Shown here: positions 54,914 through 64,000 of the stretch, in pieces
Position numbering within the stretch: the first letter of the stretch is position 1
Layout: the number at the start of each line of letters is the position of its first letter
NCBI GenBank assembly: GCA_011605725.1
Contig: JAAOZP010000004.1
Location: forward strand, 64,001-128,000
Direction: 5' to 3'
DNA length: 64,000 nucleotides
From: Nitrososphaerota archaeon
GTDB lineage: Archaea; Thermoproteota; EX4484-205; JAAOZP01
Notes under the pieces: model-generated
Told to the model about the DNA's origin: nothing
Seen by the model: the letters and a program-made list of their open reading frames with translations, nothing else
Database searches by the model: none
Program-made: the position numbers and the translations under genes

Positions 54914-56710
54914 ATGCTGATGAAGCCCGGGGTCAAGCCTCCCGAGATAGTTGAGAAACTGATTTCCGCAGCACTTGGAAGGAGTAAAGCAAGCCTCGTC
55001 GTCGAGAGAGGAGCTTTGGTGAATGTTTTCACCGGAGAGATTGTTGAAAACACTGATATTGCTGTGGTCGACGACAGAATAGTGCTGGTAGGGAATGCTA
55101 AGCATACGATTGGGCCTGAGACAAAGATTATCGATGCTTACGGAAAATACTTGGCACCAGGGTTCTTAGACGGACATGTGCATGTGGAGAGCTCTATGCT
55201 GACAGTAACCCAGTTTGCAAAAGCTGTTCTACCCCACGGGACGACGACTGTTTTCATAGATCCCCACGAGGTTGCGAACGTGCTTGGGATAAACGGGGTT
55301 AGAATGATGCATGACGAGGGATTAGGCTTGCCTTTGAAAGTCTATGTTTCAATCCCCAGCTGTGTGCCGGCGACCGGTTCAGAGTTTGAAACCGCTGGGG
55401 CCGAAATAGGTTTAAAGGAGATTGAGGAAGCATTCTCATGGAGAAACACTATTGCACTGGGTGAAGTCATGAATTACCCTGGAGTATTATCCTTAAACCC
55501 CAAGATTATAGGTGAGGTTAAAGCGGCTTTGAAAAACGGCAGAATCGTGGAAGGACATTTCTTCGGAAACCTTAATGAAGAGCTTAACGCTTACATTGCA
55601 GCAGGAATATCCTCTGACCACGAGTCTGTAACTATGGAAGCTGGGCTTGCTAAACTACGACTAGGGATGCATGTTATGGTTAGGGAAGCATCAGCCTGGA
55701 GAGACCTGAAGGAGGTAATAAGAATGGTTACGGAGAAAAAGGTTGACGCGAGAAGAGTGTGTCTGGTTAGTGACGACAGGGAGCCTAACGACCTTTTGAA
55801 AGACGGACATATCGACCACATCGTTAGAAGAGCGGTGGAAGAAGGCGTTGACCCTGTGACCAGCATTCAAATGGCCACGTTGAACACTGCGGAACACTTT
55901 AAGGTCGACAGTGAGATAGGCGCCCTAGCACCAGGGATGATAGCTGACATACTGATCCTGAAAGACTTGAACAGGGTTCTCGTCGAAACGGTGATAGCTA
56001 ATGGCAGGATTGTCGCGAAGAACGGTAGGCTGGTGGCGGAAATACCTGAATACCAGTATCCTGAAGAAGCTAAGAGGACAATCAGGCTAGGCAGGAAGCT
56101 TGATGAAAACGATTTAAAGATAAGGGTTGGCCAAGACAAGGATGCTTTCAAAGTCAGGGTTATACAGGTTGTTGAAGCTAAGGCTATTACGAGGAGCATG
56201 CTCGCAAGTATTAGGCAGAGAAACGGTTTCCTAGAGGCGGATCCGGCTCAGGATATTGCTAAGGTAGCGGTTTTTGAAAGACACAGGGCCTCAGGCAACA
56301 GGGGAATAGGTTTCGTCAAAGGCTTCGGCTTTAAGAAGGGTGCCGTAGCATCCACAGTAGCACACGACAGTCACAACATGCTTATAGTAGGGGTGAACGA
56401 CGGCGACATGGCTTTAGCGGGAAACACGCTGGCAGAGGCTGGGGGAGGAATGGTAGCCGTGGAAAACAACCGGGTACTGGCTCTTCTAGAGCTCCCCATA
56501 GCTGGCTTAATGTCGGATAAGCCTGTTCAAGAGGTTGCAGCAAGAGTTGAAAAGCTTTCAGAAGCCTGGAGACAGCTTGGCTGCACGATGACCCGTCCAT
56601 TCATGACGATGTCCCTACTGGCTCTTCCAGTCCTTCCTGAGCTCAGGATAACTGATAAAGGGCTTATCGACACGGTTAATTTTAGAAGAGTAGACCTTAT
56701 AGTGGAATAA
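54914..56710 (+). CDS. ade: Adenine deaminase
   Basis: DGHVHVESS, GEVMNYPGV, SDHE, SDDR, STVAHDSHN, LPIAGLMS. Confidence 0.96.
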   Translation: MLMKPGVKPPEIVEKLISAALGRSKASLVVERGALVNVFTGEIVENTDIAVVDDRIVLVGNAKHTIGPETKIIDAYGKYLAPGFLDGHVHVESSMLTVTQFAKAVLPHGTTTVFIDPHEVANVLGINGVRMMHDEGLGLPLKVYVSIPSCVPATGSEFETAGAEIGLKEIEEAFSWRNTIALGEVMNYPGVLSLNPKIIGEVKAALKNGRIVEGHFFGNLNEELNAYIAAGISSDHESVTMEAGLAKLRLGMHVMVREASAWRDLKEVIRMVTEKKVDARRVCLVSDDREPNDLLKDGHIDHIVRRAVEEGVDPVTSIQMATLNTAEHFKVDSEIGALAPGMIADILILKDLNRVLVETVIANGRIVAKNGRLVAEIPEYQYPEEAKRTIRLGRKLDENDLKIRVGQDKDAFKVRVIQVVEAKAITRSMLASIRQRNGFLEADPAQDIAKVAVFERHRASGNRGIGFVKGFGFKKGAVASTVAHDSHNMLIVGVNDGDMALAGNTLAEAGGGMVAVENNRVLALLELPIAGLMSDKPVQEVAARVEKLSEAWRQLGCTMTRPFMTMSLLALPVLPELRITDKGLIDTVNFRRVDLIVE

Positions 56711-56773
56711 GCCGCGCTGCAAGTCGAGAAGCATATTGAAAACCTCTGTTTTGAAGCATTAAGCGTTCTTATA

Positions 56774-57868
56774 GTGTTCTGGAAAAGCTTTAAACCTTTA
56801 AAGCTTCTCGAAACATCAGTGTTGAGTAAGCTGTCGCTAGCCTGGCTCATACCGGTCTCCCGAAGAATCGATACCTTCGTAAGCAGGGAGATTAGAGATT
56901 TCTACGAGAATGCTTCACGAGAAGGGCTAATAGACAGTAAGGAGGCTTATGCCCAGCTTGAGAAAGCCCTCTCTCATAAGACGGATTTTGTAACAGCCCT
57001 CAAGATAAGCGTGCCAGTCAACTGGAGGAGCAGTGTTTCATACTGGCTTTGGAAGAAGGGGGGCGGTGCATCCGGCTTTTCAACAATGCTTAAAACCCTG
57101 AGGGACAGGAGAATGTACGAGTTAGCGACGACTTTCGCAATAGCCTTAAAGTCTGGGGACATTAGGGATGAGGCTTTCGACGAGAAAGGCTTCGTGAAAC
57201 CTGAGGAGTACGAGTTTAAAATAAGGATAGCCGACAACCTTGAGAACCTGGTTAACCAGAGGGTTAGAAGAATACATAGGGATGGGTTTGCCGACAGATA
57301 CTTCAAGGGAAGGGAGGAGGTTTTCAGATATGAGCTTAAAGACCTAGAGTACTCTGAGCTTTTCAGGAAAAGAGAATACGATAAAATAATCTCCCTCTAC
57401 GATGACTTGAAGGAAACATGGCACGGCAAGACTGCTGGAATAGGAGAGAAAGTTGTTTCATTAACCCTTTTCGAGGCAGGTATACTGGATGAGGAGCCTG
57501 ATGCTTGTGAAGCAATAGTGAAGTACCAGTGGGCAATCACCAACATTTGGATGTGGAGCGACGAGATGAAAGACCTTTTCAGCAATCTTAGAGAGGGGAG
57601 TATAAACATGCTTATCGTCGAATGTTTAAAGAATGGCCTCAGCAGGGTTGACGAGGAGTCGGTTAAGGACTTCATAGCAAGCAACCCGTGCATCCTGGAT
57701 GAGCCGGCTAAACAGTATTTTCAGCTGGCTAGAAGCATTGAAGACAAAATGAGGAAGTATCCTTGGATAAACATGAAGGACTACTTGGAGGGAGCTAAAC
57801 TGGTCTTTCAAAAGTTTTACGAAAGAAGAAACAGATTGTTGAGAGAAATCAGCGTTAGAAAAGCATAG
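56774..57868 (+). CDS. Helical hypothetical protein, possibly a divergent class I isoprenoid-synthase fold
   Basis: GKTAG and WSDEMKD….LREG..N resemble the KT and second Asp-rich motifs. Confidence 0.4.
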   Translation: MFWKSFKPLKLLETSVLSKLSLAWLIPVSRRIDTFVSREIRDFYENASREGLIDSKEAYAQLEKALSHKTDFVTALKISVPVNWRSSVSYWLWKKGGGASGFSTMLKTLRDRRMYELATTFAIALKSGDIRDEAFDEKGFVKPEEYEFKIRIADNLENLVNQRVRRIHRDGFADRYFKGREEVFRYELKDLEYSELFRKREYDKIISLYDDLKETWHGKTAGIGEKVVSLTLFEAGILDEEPDACEAIVKYQWAITNIWMWSDEMKDLFSNLREGSINMLIVECLKNGLSRVDEESVKDFIASNPCILDEPAKQYFQLARSIEDKMRKYPWINMKDYLEGAKLVFQKFYERRNRLLREISVRKA

Positions 57869-58064
57869 TTCTCAGCAACCCTCATTTTCACCTAGCGTTC
57901 TGTTCCTCATTAAAAATTAAGCGAAAAGCCTGAAGAACTCTTGGAAAGGGTTCCTGAACAAGAATAATTAGCGCATATTAAAGGCGGTTATTTTTAGATA
58001 AAGAGAAACTATTATAAATACAGGCTGATCCATCTGCGAATGTTAGAAGCTTAGAAGTGGGAAC

Positions 58065-59252
58065 ATGATGAGAAGAAGCATCGCCAGGATTGTTCTCCTA
58101 GCCCTGATTGTACTGAGCGTTTTAAACTACAGCGTTGAAGCCCCTGAAAACCCGAACATATACTACTATAGGCTTAGGATTAGCCTTGTAAACAAAGGTT
58201 CAAGCAGCTATACTCCCACTCTTGAAGACAGGCTATTCCTAATATTTCCAAACACTTCAACCCAGAAAACGTATATTTATGAAACCGACCCGGGTGTGAA
58301 GCGGTTTTTAACAGATGAAGACGGCAACCTGTTTGCTGAACTGGATTTTCCAGAAGCAATTGAACAGGGTGGAAACATTACTGCAACCATCATAATCATG
58401 GTTAACATATCTTCCAGATGCTTGCCGGAAATCTCAGTCGACTCCTCAGGAAGCCTCTCCGACATACCTGTTTGGCTTGCAAACTATACTGTTTCAAGTG
58501 GAGCATGGAGATACAGGGATGAAGGCTTTAAACATATAGCTGACCTTGCTGCCCAGATCAAGGGTAACGATACGAACATTCTTAGAATCATTTCTAAAAT
58601 GGTTGAGTTCATAGGAGATAGAGTCAAGTATCCGGAGGGTGAGGAGTTGAGACCCCCGCAGTATCCGAATCAGACATTGCCAAGCACGGGAGAAACAGGA
58701 CGGGGAGACTGCGACGACCAGTCTGCACTCCTTGTAACCATGCTTAGATCAGTTGGAATACCTTCTTATCTTCAAACTGGTGGAGTAATCTCATCTCTCT
58801 ACAGTGTTAACGGTGAAACATGGGATGGACACTTAACACTGGTTTCAAGAGGAATAGGGTGGCACGGGTGGGTTGAAGCATATGTTCCACCATGGGGCTG
58901 GCTCCCTGTAGACATAACTTATGGATACTATTCTAACCGACGGGACCCGTTGTCTTCTATAAAGTATTCAGCCTCAGCCCGTGAACTTATGCTTGAATCC
59001 GAAAAATACTCGTCCATAGATTTTGTGGAAGAGTATTTAAAAACGGAGAAAAGAATTATGGACAGCAGCATTTTCATACGTATGGAGGAAGAGATTTCTG
59101 AGACACTGATTTATAATGATGGTTCTAAAATGGTGGAGCAACACGGGGAAAGCATGATGCTGTTAACACTTCCCTTCATTCTAGCAGTAAGCGTAGCTAT
59201 CCTCATCATCCTGATAAGGAAGAAGAGCGTGACGCTAGTTTTTAGGAAGTGA
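58065..59252 (+). CDS. Secreted TM-anchored transglutaminase-like protein
   Basis: GDCDDQS, HGWVEAY, WLPVDIT. Confidence 0.88.
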   Translation: MMRRSIARIVLLALIVLSVLNYSVEAPENPNIYYYRLRISLVNKGSSSYTPTLEDRLFLIFPNTSTQKTYIYETDPGVKRFLTDEDGNLFAELDFPEAIEQGGNITATIIIMVNISSRCLPEISVDSSGSLSDIPVWLANYTVSSGAWRYRDEGFKHIADLAAQIKGNDTNILRIISKMVEFIGDRVKYPEGEELRPPQYPNQTLPSTGETGRGDCDDQSALLVTMLRSVGIPSYLQTGGVISSLYSVNGETWDGHLTLVSRGIGWHGWVEAYVPPWGWLPVDITYGYYSNRRDPLSSIKYSASARELMLESEKYSSIDFVEEYLKTEKRIMDSSIFIRMEEEISETLIYNDGSKMVEQHGESMMLLTLPFILAVSVAILIILIRKKSVTLVFRK

Positions 59253-59328
59253 AGCAAAAACCCTTGACTAACATGGTTAACGGGCTAGAGAAATAGGTTT
59301 AAATCATCCCTTCAAAGCATTATTCTCA

Positions 59329-59571
59329 TTGCCTGGGGAGAAATCAGAATGGATAAGCATGATCTTGATCGCAGTAGCCCTATTCGCAGGAATGATGTTT
59401 TTCAAGGAAACACTTTATGTTCTAACGGTAACGATGCTCCTGCTAATGATCATGGTTGTATACGTTTTATTCAACTCTAGAAGGAGAAACCATTCTTTTA
59501 AGAAGCCTGGCGAAAAACCCAAGCAGGAGAATAAGACCAGCCCAAGCGAGAACGTCGAGGAAAAGGAATAA
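59329..59571 (+). CDS. Small two-TM membrane protein
   Basis: Two hydrophobic helices and a charged tail. Confidence 0.6.
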   Translation: MPGEKSEWISMILIAVALFAGMMFFKETLYVLTVTMLLLMIMVVYVLFNSRRRNHSFKKPGEKPKQENKTSPSENVEEKE

Positions 59572-59836
59572 CGGGTCAAGCCTAACATCAACATATTTTG
59601 CAGCCTTAACGTCTATAATCTGCGTTAGAAAAGGGAGGGGAAGACCGTTTTTAACATAGTGGTACGGCTCGGAAGGACTGTAGAGCCCGATTAACCCTGA
59701 CGCCAAGGTTAAAGCAAGCGCCTTAACAAGCAGCATGCCTGCTTCTCGAAGCCTTACTCCACCCTCTTTCAAAGCATTAAGCTTGAAAAACGCCAAGAAT
59801 ATTAATCTTGCGAAACACGTAAGGAGGCTGGGAATA

Positions 59837-60673
59837 GTGTTTAGGGACATGCTTGAGAAGATCAGCAGCATGGGTAGGGATGAGACCGTTAGGCTCTGTG
59901 AAGAGACTTTTGAAAAACTGAGCATGGAGCCCCCGGTCTTAAAGCTTAACTGTGAAAAACTCCTGGTCATCGGGGACCTGCATGGAGACCTTGAGTCGTG
60001 TGTAAATGCTCTACGCCTCGCGAAGCTTGGCGAAGCCAAGGCTGTTTTTCTTGGGGACTATGTTGACAGGGGGCCGCACCAAGACAGTGTTATAAACCTT
60101 CTCTTACAGATGAAAAACGATAATCCTGACGAAATATTCCTTTTAAGGGGTAATCATGAAACACCCTCGATGAATTTTTCATACGGTTTTCTAAATCTTC
60201 TCGTCAGAAAGTTTGGAAAAGACTATGGGAAGGTTTACGAAGCATATTTGAGAGTTTTCTCGGAAATGCCTCTCGCGGGGATAGTCAACGAAAGGGTGAT
60301 GCTGGTTCACGGAGGACTTGCCAAGGGACTTGAAAGGATCGAGGAGCTTGAGAAAGCGGGTAAAGGAGGGTTTGAACCCGAGGACAAGAAGGTTTTTGAA
60401 ACGCTCTGGAACGATCCTTCTGAAGACGTTGAAGATTTCTCTCCTAATCCTAGAGGACCAGGAATCCACTGTTTCGGCGGAAAAGCTCTTGAAAGATTTC
60501 TGAAGAACAATAATCTTAGAATGATGGTGAGAAGCCATGAACCTGTCCTTCAGGGTTATCGCATTCTTTTCAACGGACTCTTAATAACAATCTTTTCCTG
60601 CAGGTTCTACGGCGTTAAACCCACCGCGTTAGAATTGAATAAGGAAAAATACCTTTTTAAAAGCTTGGAATAG
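59837..60673 (+). CDS. PPP-family Ser/Thr protein phosphatase
   Basis: GDLHG, GDYVDRG, RGNHE, HGG, LWNDP, RSHE; GTG 59837 after AGGAGG. Confidence 0.93.
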   Translation: MFRDMLEKISSMGRDETVRLCEETFEKLSMEPPVLKLNCEKLLVIGDLHGDLESCVNALRLAKLGEAKAVFLGDYVDRGPHQDSVINLLLQMKNDNPDEIFLLRGNHETPSMNFSYGFLNLLVRKFGKDYGKVYEAYLRVFSEMPLAGIVNERVMLVHGGLAKGLERIEELEKAGKGGFEPEDKKVFETLWNDPSEDVEDFSPNPRGPGIHCFGGKALERFLKNNNLRMMVRSHEPVLQGYRILFNGLLITIFSCRFYGVKPTALELNKEKYLFKSLE

Positions 60674-60781
60674 AAGGCTGGACAACCCTAAGTAGAGACT
60701 TTGAGAAGGTTTCAGGCATATGGTGCTAGGTGGAATACTGGAAGTTAAGCTTATAAATAAGGGTTGAGGCGACACTTCGAG

Positions 60782-61117
60782 ATGAGCTCTGAAATAACCA
60801 TAGATGATTTCAAAAAGGTTAAGATGGTTGTTGGAACAATAGTCTCAGCCGAGAAGGTTAAGGGTTCTGAAAAGCTTCTGAAGCTTCAGGTAAGCTTAGG
60901 AGGGAACATTGTGAAACAGTCGGTAGCAGGCCTGGGAACATTTTACACTCCGGAGCAGCTGGTGGGAAAACAATACGTTTTTGTGACTAATCTTAAGCCG
61001 GCAGTTATAATGGGCCAGGTTTCGGAAGTAATGGTTCTCGCTGCAGTCGAGAGCAAGAATAGGGTAGCACTGATATGCCCTGACAGCAAGATTTCAGACG
61101 GATCCCAAGTGACGTAG
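60782..61117 (+). CDS. Stand-alone tRNA-binding OB domain (MetRS C-terminal/Trbp/CsaA-like)
   Basis: ITIDDFKKV…GSEKLLKLQV…TNLKP..IMG..SE.MVLAA. Confidence 0.9.
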   Translation: MSSEITIDDFKKVKMVVGTIVSAEKVKGSEKLLKLQVSLGGNIVKQSVAGLGTFYTPEQLVGKQYVFVTNLKPAVIMGQVSEVMVLAAVESKNRVALICPDSKISDGSQVT

Positions 61118-61118
61118 A

Positions 61119-62174
61119 CTAGGCTTTCAACACGCGGTAGCCAGCTGCTTTCCTAAGCCTGTTCTGTATAGCCATGCCTATGCCTTCTTCAGGAAAGCCT
61201 TCAGCAATTATAATGTCCGGGTTCATCCTGTCAAGGCTCCTCAGCGCCGAGTAGATTCTTCTCGCCACAAGGTCAAGCCTATTCCTTGGGGCCAGCACTT
61301 CCACTATGATTCCCCTAGGCAATCGTCTGGCAGTCTCCTCTGAAACCATGCATCCCACTTTTAAACCTGATTTAAGGTATTCCTCGACGGTTTCAATTAT
61401 TTTTTCAATCTTCCTCTCATAATCGTCTCCTTCCACAACAATCATATCCGCTCTTGGAGCATAATGCCTATACTTCATGCCGGGAGAAGCAGGAACTCCT
61501 TCGAGGACACCGGACAATATGGAAGGATGCACTTCAACATCGCCAAGGTATTTTCTTAGGATATCGAGAGGAATCGGGCCAGGCCTGAGTATGACACACC
61601 TGTCCTCAGACACTTGGATGACAGTCGATTCAACCCCTATGAATGTTTCGCCAGCGTCAATTATCATGTCTATCGAGCCGTTTAAATCCTCATACACGTC
61701 TCTAGCGTTAGTCGGACTAGGCCTGCCTGAAAGATTAGCGCTGGGAGCAGCTATTGGAGAACCCAAGTGTTCGATCAACCCTAACGCAACATTGTGAGCA
61801 GGCATTCTTACAGCAACCGTTTCAAGACCAGCTGACACGGCTGAGGGAACCTTCTGAGATTTAGGAACAACTATTGTCAACGGGCCTGGCCAGAGTTCCC
61901 TGATAAGTTTCTCAGCTTTCTTTGGGACGCTGGTTGAAACCTCGTTAAGCATCTCCATGCTCGAGATATGCACTATAACAGGGTTGTCTGGAGGCCTTTT
62001 CTTGGCGGCAAATATCTTTAGAACAGCATTCTGGTTGAAAGCGTCAGCCCCAAGCCCGTAGACTGTTTCCGTTGGGAAGGCTACGAGCCCGCCTGACTTA
62101 AGAACTGCAGCTGCCTCCTGAAGCACCTTTTTGGAGGGACGATGCTTATCCGTCTTAAGAATCCTTGTCAACAA
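61119..62174 (-). CDS. sua5: L-threonylcarbamoyladenylate synthase
   Basis: FPTETVYGLG, KKRPPDNP, APSANLSG, PGMKYRHYAP. Confidence 0.96.
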   Translation of the reverse strand: MLTRILKTDKHRPSKKVLQEAAAVLKSGGLVAFPTETVYGLGADAFNQNAVLKIFAAKKRPPDNPVIVHISSMEMLNEVSTSVPKKAEKLIRELWPGPLTIVVPKSQKVPSAVSAGLETVAVRMPAHNVALGLIEHLGSPIAAPSANLSGRPSPTNARDVYEDLNGSIDMIIDAGETFIGVESTVIQVSEDRCVILRPGPIPLDILRKYLGDVEVHPSILSGVLEGVPASPGMKYRHYAPRADMIVVEGDDYERKIEKIIETVEEYLKSGLKVGCMVSEETARRLPRGIIVEVLAPRNRLDLVARRIYSALRSLDRMNPDIIIAEGFPEEGIGMAIQNRLRKAAGYRVLKA

Positions 62175-62292
62175 CCAGCACTATACGTATAGGTAAGCCG
62201 GTTAATAACGTTTTTCACTAAACTTTTCCTGAAAGCTCTTGAAGACGAGAACAGGAAGGAATAATAAGTGGTAAACAGGTATTTAGCTGTAA

Positions 62293-62838
62293 ATGCGTGT
62301 CGAGATTGTTAGCCTTACGGATGAAAACTTAGCTGAAGCCCCGGAACGGGGGGAGCATCCTTTCAGCTGCAAGTATTGTCTATACTGGGAGCTTGAAGAG
62401 TTTTCCGACTCTTCTAGGGAAAGCAGGGGAGACATGCTGGCTAGGAAGCTCAACTGGCTGAGAAGAGTTGGAAAAACGTTTGGCGAATGCGGAAAGATAG
62501 TTTATGTAGATGGAAAACCAGTGGGCTACGCGCAGTATGCTCCTCCCAGCATGCTTCCTCTCTCAGCCAAGTACCCATCTGGACCGCCCAGTGGGGACGC
62601 GGTGTTGATCTCATGCCTTTTCATCGCTCAGAAGGAATACAGGAGGCGTGGGCTCGGAAAACAGCTTTTGCAAACCATAATTGAAGATTTGAGAAAGAAG
62701 GGAGTCAAGGCTGTTGAAACCTTTGCTGGAAAGAATAATCCTAGCAACCCGTCTGGACCGGTGGAGTTTTACCTTAAAAACGGGTTTAAGATTCACAGGG
62801 ATGACTCGGAGTACCCATTGATGAGGCTCGAACTATAG
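62293..62838 (+). CDS. GNAT acetyltransferase
   Basis: PVGYAQY, ISCLFI, RRRGLG, FYLKNGF. Confidence 0.88.
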   Translation: MRVEIVSLTDENLAEAPERGEHPFSCKYCLYWELEEFSDSSRESRGDMLARKLNWLRRVGKTFGECGKIVYVDGKPVGYAQYAPPSMLPLSAKYPSGPPSGDAVLISCLFIAQKEYRRRGLGKQLLQTIIEDLRKKGVKAVETFAGKNNPSNPSGPVEFYLKNGFKIHRDDSEYPLMRLEL

Positions 62839-62992
62839 TGTGAAAGGCGTTTCCCACGAGGATAATTAACCATTTTCAACTCCAGCATGTTGAGACTTTT
62901 CAGGGCAGGCAGGGTTTTTAGAGCGCGCGCGCTTTAAAAGGCTTATGTTTAAATTCAGCTTTAAAGCCAACAACGTAGCCGGCGTAAACCGA

Positions 62993-63199
62993 ATGAGGGT
63001 AAAAGTATTCGTACAGAGGCTTCGCGAAACAAGGGTTATAGACTTAAAGGAGGACAGTAGGATTGAAGACCTTCTTAAAATGCTGAGGATAAGTGCTTCT
63101 GAAGTGGTTCCGGTTAGGAACGGGGTTATAGTTACTGAGAAGGAGCTTCTGAAAGACGGAGACGAGGTTAGGCTTCTAAGTGTTGTATCAGGCGGTTGA
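62993..63199 (+). CDS. ThiS/MoaD (SAMP-like) sulfur carrier
   Basis: RNG…DGDEV…VVSGG C-terminus. Confidence 0.92.
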   Translation: MRVKVFVQRLRETRVIDLKEDSRIEDLLKMLRISASEVVPVRNGVIVTEKELLKDGDEVRLLSVVSGG

Positions 63200-63202
63200 A
63201 GT

Positions 63203-64000
63203 ATGGTTTGTGAAGACTGTGAGAAAAAGGCTGTCTACATTTCTTTAAGCGGGAGAGGACTCTGCAGCAAACATTTTAAAAAGTATTTTGAGACGAAAGT
63301 AATACGGACAATTAAGAAGCATGGCTTAATCGAATACGGGGAAAGAGTCCTCGTAGCCTGCTCAGGAGGTAAGGATAGTACAGCCCTGCTAAGCCTCCTC
63401 TGGAGGCTTATGAGGAATAAGCGTGAAAACATCGCTGCGATAGCTATCGACGAGGGTATAAGCGGCTACAGGGATGTGAAGCTTAAAGGGCTGGTTGAAT
63501 TCTGCAGGGAGAACAATATACCTTTACATACTTACTCGTTTAAGGAGCAGTATGGCTTCACACTAGACGAGGCTGTTAAAATATCCAGGGAGAACAGGCT
63601 TAAAATAAAGCCTTGCTATATTTGCGGAGTCCTAAGAAGGAGCCTGATAAACACTTATGCGAGGAGGCTCGGCTTCTCTAAGGTTGCGACTGGCCACAAT
63701 CTGGACGATGAGGCTCAGACAATCCTCATGAACTATCTCAGGGGAAACCCGTCGCTCCTAGCTAGGCTCGGCCCAAAGACGGGTATTGTTGAAGACGAGG
63801 GCTTCGTCCAGAGGGTTAAACCATTCTACTTCTGCACGGAGAAAGAGGACACTATTTACGCGCTCCTAACCGGTATTGAAGTAGACTTTGTAGAATGCCC
63901 CTACCATGTTGAAAACTACAGGCTTGAGATAAGGGATTTTCTGAACAGGCTTGACTCAACCGTTCCCGGGGTTAAGCATGGCCTCGTAAACAATTTCCTC
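63203..64000 (+). CDS. TtuA/Ncs6 tRNA 2-thiolation protein (runs off the right edge)
   Basis: MVCEDC, ACSGGKDS PP-loop, PCYICGVLRR, ATGHNLDDEAQT, ECPY. Confidence 0.92.
   Translation, partial: MVCEDCEKKAVYISLSGRGLCSKHFKKYFETKVIRTIKKHGLIEYGERVLVACSGGKDSTALLSLLWRLMRNKRENIAAIAIDEGISGYRDVKLKGLVEFCRENNIPLHTYSFKEQYGFTLDEAVKISRENRLKIKPCYICGVLRRSLINTYARRLGFSKVATGHNLDDEAQTILMNYLRGNPSLLARLGPKTGIVEDEGFVQRVKPFYFCTEKEDTIYALLTGIEVDFVECPYHVENYRLEIRDFLNRLDSTVPGVKHGLVNNFL

Noticed and set aside
54839-55105. 89-aa N-terminal extension of pheS in the ORF track
   Set aside because: Overlaps the divergent ade gene; GTG 54838 has a strong RBS
1-64000. CRISPR array, tRNA or rRNA genes
   Set aside because: No regularly spaced repeats or cloverleaf/rRNA signatures seen by eye; a covariance-model scan would be needed to exclude small RNAs
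60782-64000. tRNA-binding protein, sua5, ThiS and TtuA cluster as a novel system
   Set aside because: Ordinary tRNA-modification housekeeping genes

Overview
Archaeal chromosome segment, TACK/Thermoproteota-like (rps25e, Alba, rpoK, group II chaperonin, CdvA-like protein, arcadin-1, archaeal pheS/pheT). A finer taxon cannot be assigned from sequence alone. About 22-46 kb and 53-64 kb are core genes (lig, Lhr helicase/metallophosphoesterase, TatD, CBS proteins, pheST, ade, sua5, ThiS/TtuA). Two accessory regions stand out: a mosaic island at ~1-22 kb and a 7-kb island inserted at the pheS/pheT overlap between 36-bp direct repeats. Each carries a paralogous copy of an apparently undescribed polymorphic toxin module: secreted partner gene -> ~1,600-1,700 aa secreted protein with a shared central hydrophobic/helical trunk and a different C-terminal PD-(D/E)xK nuclease-like domain -> tightly coupled putative immunity gene sharing an F(D/N)SSGMS...KRA(E/D)AV motif. 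Both modules sit next to fragments or duplications of housekeeping genes (two diverged ppsA 3' ends; the pheS/pheT junction). Short alternating purine-pyrimidine tracts, often TAG-(GC)n-CTAA, recur at cassette boundaries and at four gene break points, including the break between the second toxin trunk and its nuclease domain. No rRNA, tRNA, CRISPR array, or intact integrase/transposase was recognised. All family assignments are from motif recognition, not database searches.
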